64,000 bases of DNA from an uncultured virus (IMG/VR IMGVR_UViG_3300008111_002316) (taxonomy: Duplodnaviria > Heunggongvirae > Uroviricota > Caudoviricetes). Positions 52,355 through 61,611 of the stretch are shown in pieces (position 1 is the first letter of the stretch; every line of letters begins with the position of its first letter). The translations under genes and the position numbers were made by a program. The DNA lies in the IMG/VR virus record IMGVR_UViG_3300008111_002316; one strand, given 5' to 3'. The notes below the pieces were generated by a model that worked only from the letters and a program-made list of their open reading frames with translations, did not search any database and had not been told where the DNA came from.

Positions 52355-52738
52355 ATGGAATTAAAAACCGGTGATAAATTATTTGCTCTAGAACGCAGGT
52401 TATACTGTGTTGACACCTTCCCTTATGTTTTCGTAGTACACTCAGTTACCCCTAAACTTGCCTATATTCAACCTTTTGACAATAATGACTACCAACAATC
52501 GTCTAAATACACAGTTTATCGTACCTTAGTCTCTCATGAATCCAGATTTATAGCTAATTGGAGAGGAAAACCTCACCCTGCTTTCTCTTCTAGCTTCGAC
52601 TATCTGTGGCTATGGGATGAAACTTTAAACAGTTTGTCGCCTTCTAAATCTAAAGACCTTGTTTTTTCTGAAACTGAACTTAAACTTTTGGAAGTTCAAA
52701 CATTTAATCAAATTTTGGAGGATTTTTCTGATGTCTAA
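52355..52738 (+). CDS. Hypothetical protein
   Basis: TTGACA-17-TATATT promoter at 52288-52316. Confidence 0.55.
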   Translation: MELKTGDKLFALERRLYCVDTFPYVFVVHSVTPKLAYIQPFDNNDYQQSSKYTVYRTLVSHESRFIANWRGKPHPAFSSSFDYLWLWDETLNSLSPSKSKDLVFSETELKLLEVQTFNQILEDFSDV

Positions 52739-53156
52739 ATTATTAAATATTGGTGACAAAGTTGCAAGTATAGGTTTTGCTGGAAAATCATGTGGGAGCG
52801 AATATTTTAATATATTCCATATTGACCATGTATCTGCTAAACGCTGTCGTGCTTTCTGTACCAATAGCCAAAGACTCAAAGATGTCGTGTTTACCCTCGA
52901 CCGTACACCTTATTATCAAGACGGCATTGCTTTCTATCATTTTCACGGTTCTTATGGTGGTGTCGATGCTGTTTTAGTTACTGAGGCTATTCAAAAGCTC
53001 TACGAGAACTATTCCCGCATCCTTCGCCTAAAAAAACAGGTAAAAGCCATTTACCAATGGTCTGAAAATCTTTCTTTGCACACTACTACCGATTTATCTG
53101 TTATAATCAAAGCAATCAACACAATCGATTCTTTGATTAAACCAAAAAAAAAATGA
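52731..53156 (+). CDS. Hypothetical protein
   Basis: Start MSKLLNIGDK overlaps the upstream stop. Confidence 0.55.
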   Translation: MSKLLNIGDKVASIGFAGKSCGSEYFNIFHIDHVSAKRCRAFCTNSQRLKDVVFTLDRTPYYQDGIAFYHFHGSYGGVDAVLVTEAIQKLYENYSRILRLKKQVKAIYQWSENLSLHTTTDLSVIIKAINTIDSLIKPKKK

Positions 53157-53785
53157 CTAACCATACTCTAACCCTATCTGCTTGTCTAAGCTCAATTGAC
53201 TTAGTTCAAATTCCCAATGCAAATTTTAATTTTGGGAAATATCCAGTGACTCAGGCACAATATCAGTCTGTAATGGGAACCAACCCCTCTTATTTCAAAA
53301 ACAATCCACAAAATCCAGTAGAACAAGTCAGTTTTGACGACGCTCAAGCTTTTTGTCAGAAATTAAGTCAAATAACAGGGAAAACCTATCGCCCACCAAC
53401 GGAAGCCCAATGGGAATATGCTTGTCGGGCTGGTACTACTACTCGCTTTTATTATGGCAATGATGCTAATGAGTTAGGAGACTACGCTTGGTATTTCAGA
53501 AATTCTCAGGGAACAACCCATCCCGTAGGGCAAAAAAAGCCTAATAATTGGGGACTTTATGACATGATTGGTAATGTTTGGGAATGGTGCGCTAGTTATG
53601 GCGGCGCACCAACAGACGGCAGTGCTTGGATAGAAATTAGCAATAAATCTTACAAAGATATTGTCGTGCGTCGGGGAGGCTCTTGGGTTAACGATGAAAT
53701 TAACTGCTATTGCCCCTACCGAGGCTTTCTCCATCACTCCATCTCAGATTTTAACTATGGTTTTCGGGTAGTCTGTGACAATTAA
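53153..53785 (+). CDS. FGE-sulfatase (SUMF1/C-type lectin fold) domain protein
   Basis: YPVTQAQY, PVEQVS, PTEAQWEYACRAG, GLYDMIGNVWEW, RGGSW..GFRVV. Confidence 0.9.
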   Translation: MTNHTLTLSACLSSIDLVQIPNANFNFGKYPVTQAQYQSVMGTNPSYFKNNPQNPVEQVSFDDAQAFCQKLSQITGKTYRPPTEAQWEYACRAGTTTRFYYGNDANELGDYAWYFRNSQGTTHPVGQKKPNNWGLYDMIGNVWEWCASYGGAPTDGSAWIEISNKSYKDIVVRRGGSWVNDEINCYCPYRGFLHHSISDFNYGFRVVCDN

Positions 53786-53803
53786 TTACTAATTAGCTAT
53801 TTA

Positions 53804-53974
53804 TCAGTTATCATTCGCTTGACTCATCATGATAAAATTATCAATCTCATCGTCCATTGTTGGCGCAAAGTCTTCTTCATCTTTTTTGTTAATGGCAATC
53901 ACTGTCACTAAAAACATACCAAACAAAACGATAAAAAAACCTAAAATCAAGCCAGTTAATAAAATTAATTCCAT
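53804..53974 (-). CDS. 56-aa single-pass membrane protein (not in the ORF track)
   Basis: MELILLTGLILGFFIVLFGMFLVTVIAINKKDEED...; AAGGA RBS. Confidence 0.55.
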   Translation of the reverse strand: MELILLTGLILGFFIVLFGMFLVTVIAINKKDEEDFAPTMDDEIDNFIMMSQANDN

Positions 53975-54043
53975 TTTTTTTTATCCTTAAAAAAGAGCCA
54001 ATCCCCTACAGAATTGGCTTTTTGAGAAAAACACAGGAGCAAA

Positions 54044-54343
54044 CTAAGCTGTAAGTTTAGTCACACAGGCGCTAACAAAACTAGCAGGAGTAGTGACCCC
54101 AGCACCAGCCGCAACAGCCTGAATAGCATTTACAAAAGCGGTATCTTTAAGAGCAAATTCAAGAATAGCTAAAATAGCGTCTCGTTGCAATAATTGGTCA
54201 GCATTTGCCGAACCATTAATATTGTAACCATAGGTTGCCCGGAGAATATCTACACCACTATTTACATATTGGGGGTCAAGTAGATAGCTACCACTGGCTG
54301 GATTTGCTCCCCCTTTGACTGCGGGGGTATAAACTAAAGGCAT
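54044..54343 (-). CDS. Capsid cement/decoration protein (Mic1 gp47-like)
   Basis: 99 aa. Sequence recalled as close to the Mic1 cement protein (not verified). Late motif upstream and terminator downstream. Confidence 0.65.
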   Translation of the reverse strand: MPLVYTPAVKGGANPASGSYLLDPQYVNSGVDILRATYGYNINGSANADQLLQRDAILAILEFALKDTAFVNAIQAVAAGAGVTTPASFVSACVTKLTA

Positions 54344-54431
54344 ATTTGAATCACCTACTTTAAAAAATAACGTGGAATTTGGGGTAAACGTCTAAACGTT
54401 TCGCACCTACATATCAATTTGGGCGATTTTA

Positions 54432-54920
54432 TCAATCTGTCCACCAAGATATTGGCAAATCCCCTTCTATTTCTTCACCATCAATTGTTGGTTCATATTT
54501 TCCAGTTAAATATGGGGAATCTCCTAAACTATACGGCAATCTGCATTGAGCTTTTGTTTCCGTATCCATACGATGTTCTGTGTATATTTTCGTACTATTT
54601 GGGTTTAATTGGTCATCTAACGACATTAACAATAATTCCTGTTTATGTTCTTTATACCAATCAGAAACCTCCTTTAATTGTTTTCCTTTTAATTTGGTCA
54701 AGTGTTCTTTTATGATTCCATGCACCGTACCCTCATCTGCCCTATACTTTGTATAGATTTTTCCATACCTATTTTTAAATCTGTCTCTTAATGTTGTCCA
54801 CGGGATTCCATATCTTTCAGCTAAACTTCTAACCGATACTCCCCCTAGCTTATAGATTTCAAACAACGTTTCTGTCTGTGTTTTGATTTCTTCTTTGGTT
54901 TTATTTGTTTTTGCTTTCAT
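54432..54920 (-). CDS. HTH DNA-binding protein
   Basis: SVRSLAERYGIPWTTLRDR. Confidence 0.7.
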   Translation of the reverse strand: MKAKTNKTKEEIKTQTETLFEIYKLGGVSVRSLAERYGIPWTTLRDRFKNRYGKIYTKYRADEGTVHGIIKEHLTKLKGKQLKEVSDWYKEHKQELLLMSLDDQLNPNSTKIYTEHRMDTETKAQCRLPYSLGDSPYLTGKYEPTIDGEEIEGDLPISWWTD

Positions 54921-55071
54921 CGAAAAAATTACCTCAACTGTGACACCTAAATTTTAAGTTTACATAACTATATTTGTCAAAATCTGTCTTTATTCGCTCA
55001 GTTAACCCCTTTAATAGTTAACCTTAAATCTATTCCTGAACAAGTGTGAACCCCTTTTTGATACTTAGAAT

Positions 55072-56320
55072 GTGACACCTAACCTGTACTACTCAGTAAA
55101 AATCAATAAGATTCAGTCATATCAAGGGTTTTAAATTTTTGGGACAGTTTAAATACTGTTTAAAAATCAATAAAACCTAATCACAGTATAGGTTTAGTCT
55201 GTTTTGTACTATGTAGTGGGGGGGATAACTTTATTTTTTTTTATGATAGGGGTATCTAATCAACACAGTGGTTTTTCCTCTAAAATGAGAAACAAGTACC
55301 TTTTGAGAGTATTTGGAAGCTACGAGTACCTTTAAGTACCTTTGAAGATTTAGTTTCCCAATTAGTTGTGTTTTGGCGTAGGTCATCTTTTTTAATGTGT
55401 TTTCAAGGTTTTGTTCTTTGACCACTCCTTATACTAAACCGTGAAACCCTTACACTGCATAGGTTTCAGCCAATTTTTACACAAAAATCTGGCATATCTA
55501 TATATATTATATCTTTTTTTTTTGTTAGGTTAAATGTTTCAAGACCCTAGGGTAATTCCTAGTCTCGTATCCATGCTTATATCATATACGGTTTTGAGCG
55601 AAATGTCAAGAGGTTTTTTAAAGATTTTTCTTTTTCCAAAAGATTTCCCACCCTAAAGCCTTTCTCAGAGAGGATTTCAACACTTTTAACATTTTTTTCC
55701 TTATGTTTTAATATGCTTAACATGGCCTAATAGGGTAAACGTGGTATTGTCTAAGGGGGTTGGAGTGTGAGGAAGGGGTAGAAAATAGCCCTGTAAACCT
55801 TACAGTCTTATTAAGAGAGTGAATATAGCCTAAACGGGTAAAAATGTCTTTAAGGTGTTAAAAAGTAGCAATTGGAGAAAGACCGAGAGTGAAAGGATTA
55901 AAAACGAGTGAACTACTCACAAGAAAGGATAGGCCAGTGGTTTAAGTATTTGTACCTAAGTAATTATACCTATCACCCAGTCCTTTAAAGCCCGAACATC
56001 AAAAACTTGCAAAGCTTTTTAAAACAAGACAAATTGTTAAAGCTATAAACGAAAGGTACTCAAAGGTACTTGTAGCTTCCAAATGCTCTCAAAAGGTACG
56101 AAAAGCTTTTTTTAGGGGTTTTTCACTGTGTTGATTAGATACCCCTATCATAAAAAAAATAAAGTTATCCCCCCCACTACATAGTACAAAACAGACTAAA
56201 CCTATACTGTGATTAGGTTTTATTGATTTTTAAACAGTATTTAAACTGTCTCAAAATTACAAAACCCTTGATATGATTGAGTTTTATTGATTTTCACAAA
56301 GTAGTACACTTAAGGTGTCA
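55072..56320. repeat. Inverted-repeat element 2: arms ~55072-55344 and ~56053-56320
   Basis: 55143-55269 versus 56124-56250 differ only by one base in a homopolymer run. Inverted GTACCTT iterons lie at the inner ends. Confidence 0.95.
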
Positions 56321-56681
56321 CTATAGGACGGAAATACTAAACTACCTAAAAAAAGCTAGACAGCCTATTGAGGCTAAAATTAAGAAATTAGCTAAGGATT
56401 AGACTTGAAGGTTTTGGTGATTGCAACTTAATTGCTAATCTTACTCAAAACTCAAAACCGAAAAAATTGCGTATTTTTGGGCATTTTACCCTTGAGAAGT
56501 GTTTCAGAGCTAATTTGGGTTAGGCTATTAAACCTTATCACAGTATTTTTTTAGTCTTTCATATTCAGATAATGAGGTACGGACTTTAAGAGTATAATAA
56601 TTTCTAGGCTTTTTACTTGACATTTCCTGTAAGCTTATGGTATAACTAAATATAGTTTAGCATCTTTTTCTGCCTTAAGTT

Positions 56682-57143
56682 ATGTCTAATTCTCCAAAAG
56701 TACAACTAAATTTTAATGCTCCTGTTTATAGTGTAGCTGGAAAGATTGTCAAAGATCAAGTTGTAGAATTAAAACCTGAGTATATTGTTAGATTTATTGC
56801 AAGGGTTTTTCCTGGTGGAAGCGATTCAGTTATTAAAGAATTGCTTGTAACCGATATTTCAGTCGGGATTACCTCTGAATTAGCCGAAGAGTCTGATAAT
56901 TTGTTTTCAACTCATGCTGATGTTCCTAGCCTTCGTGTTTACATCGCACCAGAAATTTTTGAAAAATTTCTTATTACTGAAACAGGAACAAATTATAAGG
57001 CTCAGACTGTTGACGTGCCAAGACTATTAGAATGCTGGGAAGTATTAGGGTTTCCTCTTTATATTGATACTACTAAATTTAACTTTTATAAAGGTTGGGC
57101 TATAGGTTTTGGTGTAAAGACTGGTATCCCAAAAAATCTTTAG
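56682..57143 (+). CDS. Hypothetical protein
   Basis: 153 aa, with TTGACA..TATAAC promoter upstream. Confidence 0.6.
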   Translation: MSNSPKVQLNFNAPVYSVAGKIVKDQVVELKPEYIVRFIARVFPGGSDSVIKELLVTDISVGITSELAEESDNLFSTHADVPSLRVYIAPEIFEKFLITETGTNYKAQTVDVPRLLECWEVLGFPLYIDTTKFNFYKGWAIGFGVKTGIPKNL

Positions 57144-57209
57144 ACTTCTTACCATAAGCTTTCTATCAAGCTTATGGTATATTTAGATAAGAATAAAAGA
57201 AGGTCGACC

Positions 57210-57980
57210 CATGAGAAAAATATGAGAAAGCAATTATGGTAAAAAGTACCAATAATGCCAGATGAGAGAATTATGAAAGAAAAATGAGAAAAATATGAAA
57301 AAGCAATTATGGTAAAAAGTACCAATAATGCCAGATGAGAGAAATATGAGAGAAAAATGAGAAAAGGGGTGAAAGTAAAAAGAAGAGATAGAGAGAAAGG
57401 AAAGCGGGAGGGTGACACACACAAAGTCGTAAAACCTGAGAATGATAATCATTCTCATTTTACACAAAGTCCTAAAACCTGAGAATGATAATCATTCTCA
57501 TTTTACACAAAGACTCTAAACCTGTGAATACTTTAGTCTACAAATTAAGGGGAGGGCAGGACAGGGATGCCATGAGTATAAATACCTAGACCACACACAC
57601 AAAGGCTCAAAACCTGTGACACAAAATTGCAATATGAATGTCACACAAAAGTCATACAATTCAAAACCCTGTGACACAAATCACAACCTCCTTGTGATAA
57701 AAAGAAATGCAGGGGCAAAATTGGAGTTTGCGCCATGTGTAAGAAAAGCTAAAAAAGAAAAAGAAATGCAGGGGTAAAAATAGAGTTTGCGCCAATGTAA
57801 AAAAAAAAAGCTAAAAAATTAAAAGAAATGCAGGGGTAAAATTGGGGTTCGAGCCACGAGCGAGTAAGAAACAAAAAAGGTTAGGTTAGGACAGGCATAC
57901 TATAAGTATAAATACTTAGACCACTTGTAATAAAGGTTAGGACATGGATACTATGAGTATAAATACTTAGACCACTAGCT
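57210..57980. repeat. Cluster of several different short direct repeats
   Basis: 73-bp-period x2 (from 57213), 43-bp-period x2 (from 57419), AAAAGAAATGCAGGGG x3, AGTATAAATAC(C/T)TAGACCAC x3. Confidence 0.9.
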
Positions 57981-58199
57981 ATCACAGGGAAAACCAGATA
58001 AAATGATGTTTCTAACCCTATCAAAGAGGGTAAAGGACGAGCTACTGTGAGGTGAAAGACGGTTAAAAAATGGAATATATATATATAGAGGAAAAATAGG
58101 AGATGTGTGCCAATTCTGAAAGTGTCCACTAGAGCGGGACAAGTCAAGATAAATAGTGACATAATAGGTACATAGAGAAAAGACCATAGGAGGTCAAAA

Positions 58200-58529
58200 A
58201 TGAAGTACACAGAAATCATAAGCATAATCAGAATCGTAGGATTAAATTGGTACGGGCAGACTTGTGCAATGTTTAAAGAGTTAAAACGCTATGACGTAGG
58301 TAATTTAGAAGACTCAGGATTAAGTGCGGAATTGAGCAAAGAACAAAAAAGAGAGGTAATTGAAGGATGGTTAGCAAAGAATAGCGGGGATTTTCAAATA
58401 ATCTTAGACTTTGAAGCTGACATAGAGTTAGGAGATGGGAGTAATGTTACGTTAGATTGGCTAAACGAAGATAGCGAGTGGGAATATATGGACTGCACGG
58501 GTCGTTTAGCCAATCTACCGTGGTTATGA
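58200..58529 (+). CDS. Small acidic early protein (family A)
   Basis: GGAGG RBS; paralog of 58734..59126. Confidence 0.7.
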   Translation: MKYTEIISIIRIVGLNWYGQTCAMFKELKRYDVGNLEDSGLSAELSKEQKREVIEGWLAKNSGDFQIILDFEADIELGDGSNVTLDWLNEDSEWEYMDCTGRLANLPWL

Positions 58530-58532
58530 GGA

Positions 58533-59323
58533 TTAGTATAAACCTCAAAAAATCCTGAGAAAACCCCCGAAGTGGTAATTAAAAAAGACCAAAATAGGGG
58601 GTTACATAAAAAAGTAAAGTAACATAGAGAGGACAAAGATATGCCAATTTGAAAAGTGTCACAAACAAGTTGACAAAGTAGATGAAGGATGCCATAATAG
58701 GTACATAAGCAAAGAAACACAGGAGTAACAAAAATGACTTACACAAAGGCACTCGATAACGGGGATGTAACATGGTTCAGAATACTAGGGCAAGATTGGT
58801 TTGGTAAGACTTGTACACTGGACATAGAGTTAAACAAGTATGACATAGGAGAATTAGAAAACTTAGGATTAGGATTAGGAGAATCCGAAAAAGAAGCGAG
58901 AGAGGTGATAAACCAATGGTTGTTGGCCGCCGATATTTATGACCCACAAGGCTTTTGGAATCCTGATTTTAGTTCTGTAACGGATTATGATTGTCAGATT
59001 GAGCTAAGTGATGGAAGTTATTTTAGTCTAGATTGGGAAGACGATACAAACTATGCTAAGTATCGAGAAATAATGCTTAGTTACCAAGAGGCAATGTATG
59101 AAGCAATGTATGGTGATGAGGAATAGTATAAACCTCAATAAATCCTGAGAACACCCCCGAAAAGGTAATTTAAAAATACCAAAATAGGGGGGGGGGTTAC
59201 ATAAAAAAGGAAAGTAACGTAGAGAGAACAAAGATATGCCAATTTGAAAAGTGTCACAAACAAATTGACAAAGAAGTTAAAGAATGCCATAATAGGTACA
59301 TAAGCAAAGAAACAGGAGCTAAA
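58533..59323 (+). repeat. ~200-bp direct repeat carrying a promoter/operator module (58533-58733 and 59123-59323)
   Basis: Near-identical from TAGTATAAACCTCAA to the RBS/ATG. Confidence 0.9.
58734..59126 (+). CDS. Small acidic early protein (family A)
   Basis: RILGQDWFGKTC..ELNKYDIGELE, versus RIVGLNWYGQTC..ELKRYDVGNLE in the paralog. Confidence 0.7.
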   Translation: MTYTKALDNGDVTWFRILGQDWFGKTCTLDIELNKYDIGELENLGLGLGESEKEAREVINQWLLAADIYDPQGFWNPDFSSVTDYDCQIELSDGSYFSLDWEDDTNYAKYREIMLSYQEAMYEAMYGDEE

Positions 59324-59632
59324 ATGTCACCGTCACATTCGAGAGAACCGTTAGTAAAGAGATTGTTACCATTAATAGTAGAATGGGGTAACAAAACAGT
59401 AACAGATCAAGAATTTCTGAGTACCTGTGATAAGTTCTACAAAATTCTAGAGGGTCGCCAGTGTCCACATTGTGGAAGTTATGATGTGGTAATCAGGGCG
59501 TATAAAGAAACAGCTAAGGGAGAGAAATACCCAATGTTTCAATGTAAGGACTGCAAAAGAACCTTTTCAGGGGTCAAAAAATTTAATGGTAAATTCGGGG
59601 ACAGTTTAGAATTTGACACACTTGACAAGTAA
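59324..59632 (+). CDS. Zinc-ribbon protein
   Basis: CPHCGS...FQCKDCKRTF. Confidence 0.7.
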   Translation: MSPSHSREPLVKRLLPLIVEWGNKTVTDQEFLSTCDKFYKILEGRQCPHCGSYDVVIRAYKETAKGEKYPMFQCKDCKRTFSGVKKFNGKFGDSLEFDTLDK

Positions 59633-59679
59633 TGCAGATTGTGACATAATAGAGACATTAGTAAGTTAGGAGTAAATAA

Positions 59680-60015
59680 ATGGAGACTGAAATCACTAAA
59701 GTAATATTCCGTAAATGGAATAAGTCGGTGGACAAAGAACAAGGAATTATCGCAATATTCCCTGAAGATATTGGAACAATGTCAAGTTATACTTGTAGTG
59801 CGTGGGAATGGGTAGGTGAACATGGTGCTTGTGACCCTGCGGAGGTAATCAAAAACTCAAAACCTGCTAAAGAGATTGAATACCAAGAAATCAAAAATTA
59901 CCTAGAAAATCATTACGGGTACAAGTTAGAGGTTAACCAAAGACTACGTTACAATGCCATAGAAATCAGACAACAAAAAATCCGGGAGATAGGTAATGGA
60001 CACTCAAAAAACTAA
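59680..60015 (+). CDS. Early hypothetical protein (family B)
   Basis: TKVIFRKWNK..GIIAIFPE; paralog of the next gene. Confidence 0.7.
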   Translation: METEITKVIFRKWNKSVDKEQGIIAIFPEDIGTMSSYTCSAWEWVGEHGACDPAEVIKNSKPAKEIEYQEIKNYLENHYGYKLEVNQRLRYNAIEIRQQKIREIGNGHSKN

Positions 60016-60328
60016 AGTAATATTCCGTAAATGGAATAAAGATATAGACCCTAAACAAGGCATAATCGCAATATTCCCAGAGGAAATAGTATCACTGTCA
60101 TTCTTAGATTGTGATTCATGGCAAAGAGTCGGAGAATATGGTGATATTAATTCTTGGAGTCCATGCAATCCTGAAGTAGTAATTAAGGGTTCAAAACTTG
60201 CTACTGAAAGTCAATATCTAGAGGACAAAAATTACCTAGAAAATCATTACGGGTATAATCTAAAGGTTCTGAAAAGAATACCCAGAACTGCCATAAAGGT
60301 AAGAAGCAAAAACATAGCCCAATTATAG
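59996..60328 (+). CDS. Early hypothetical protein (family B)
   Basis: Same motifs, plus NYLENHYGY. Confidence 0.7.
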   Translation: MDTQKTKVIFRKWNKDIDPKQGIIAIFPEEIVSLSFLDCDSWQRVGEYGDINSWSPCNPEVVIKGSKLATESQYLEDKNYLENHYGYNLKVLKRIPRTAIKVRSKNIAQL

Positions 60329-60337
60329 GAGGGTATC

Positions 60338-60634
60338 ATGACACAGGACAACAAAAGAAATTACAGCTTTTTGGTTAAGGTAAGGGATAAGGACGGAAAA
60401 CTTATTCCGTGCGACGAAACAACTGACAACACACGGATTAGCTTTGACTTAGCTGAGTTGACCGATAAGCAGGTAATTTCTCACCTAAAATCAACGGGGA
60501 AAACATTAAAGGCTTGGATGCCAGATGATCGAAAAATCGGAATAGATGCTTATGTCTTTGATTCTATTTCAAGGACTTATACGCTCCTTTTTTCGTGGTA
60601 TGATGTGGATGTTGAGAAAGTTGTGAAGCATTAA
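60338..60634 (+). CDS. Early hypothetical protein
   Basis: GGAGG RBS. Confidence 0.65.
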   Translation: MTQDNKRNYSFLVKVRDKDGKLIPCDETTDNTRISFDLAELTDKQVISHLKSTGKTLKAWMPDDRKIGIDAYVFDSISRTYTLLFSWYDVDVEKVVKH

Positions 60635-60685
60635 TTATCAGGTATCAGTTATCAGTAAAAAACACCCATTAAGAGAGAAAAAAAC

Positions 60686-60913
60686 ATGACAGAAATTAAG
60701 GAATACACTAGAAGACTCACAATCAACCTAGATGTAACATTATCTGCAAAAAGCGAAAAAGAAGCCTTAGAATTGTTTGAAAATATCTACCCGCTTATCA
60801 GTTTAAGCTATATGGACATAGAGTTAAACAGGTATGACATAGAGGATGAGATACCTGAACTCATTGATTGGGATACTCATATCGACACAGCCGATTGGGA
60901 GATAGAGGATTAA
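60686..60913 (+). CDS. Small acidic early protein (family C)
   Basis: Paralog of 61612..61803. Confidence 0.65.
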   Translation: MTEIKEYTRRLTINLDVTLSAKSEKEALELFENIYPLISLSYMDIELNRYDIEDEIPELIDWDTHIDTADWEIED

Positions 60914-60961
60914 TGACCAGGTATCAGTTATCAGTAGCCATTATTTAGGAGTACCAAAAAG

Positions 60962-61165
60962 ATGAACTTTACCTTTTTTGATCTAGGCTATGCAGTGAAA
61001 TTGACCAATGGGGAAACCGACATTTTACTACAGGGTGAGGATGCTGAAATCTTCTTAAAACAAGTCGATACCCTTAAGGAATTATGGGAAAATGGCAATC
61101 CTAACTATGAAGTTTTCCCTAGCTACGAGAAACATTTAGAAGTTTTGATCGAGCCTTATTTTTAA
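60962..61165 (+). CDS. Early hypothetical protein
   Basis: AGGAG RBS. Confidence 0.65.
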   Translation: MNFTFFDLGYAVKLTNGETDILLQGEDAEIFLKQVDTLKELWENGNPNYEVFPSYEKHLEVLIEPYF

Positions 61166-61217
61166 TCAGTTCCAGTTATCAGTTATCGGTAAACATTAAC
61201 CATTTAGGAGTAGAAAA

Positions 61218-61541
61218 ATGTACCAAAAATTAAGCACCGATGAAGCTATTAAATTACTGAAATATGATCATAGTGCTGGTTGGTCATGGGAGGGTGCTAC
61301 AGCTTTAATTGAGTACCTAGAAAACTTAGAGGATAGTGATAAGCCTATCAAATTTGATAGAGTCGCTTTGCGGTGTGATTTTTCAGAATATGATAGCGTC
61401 CTAGAGGCGGCGGAACATTATGATTTTATTCCCCCCGATGATGAGGATGAGGATGAGATAGAAGCGGAGGCACTTAAATATTTGGAGGATCGGACGACCG
61501 TAATTCAATTTGAGGGTGGTGTAATTATTAAGGACTTTTAA
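61218..61541 (+). CDS. Acidic early hypothetical protein
   Basis: AGGAG RBS; DDEDEDE tract. Confidence 0.7.
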   Translation: MYQKLSTDEAIKLLKYDHSAGWSWEGATALIEYLENLEDSDKPIKFDRVALRCDFSEYDSVLEAAEHYDFIPPDDEDEDEIEAEALKYLEDRTTVIQFEGGVIIKDF

Positions 61542-61611
61542 TTAATCAGTTATCAGTTATCAGTTATCAGTTATCAGTTATCAGTAATTAACACATAATA
61601 GGAGTAAAAAA

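Noticed and set aside
57210..57980. Possible CRISPR array
   Set aside because: Repeats occur in only 2-3 copies of several families, have no unique spacers, and there are no cas genes.
57149..58225. Hydrophobic minus-strand ORFs (57149, 57234, 57881, 57975)
   Set aside because: Artefacts of purine-rich repeats read on the opposite strand.
59324..59632. IS1 transposase InsA
   Set aside because: Only a zinc ribbon; no InsB and no terminal repeats. It sits in a normal phage promoter cassette.
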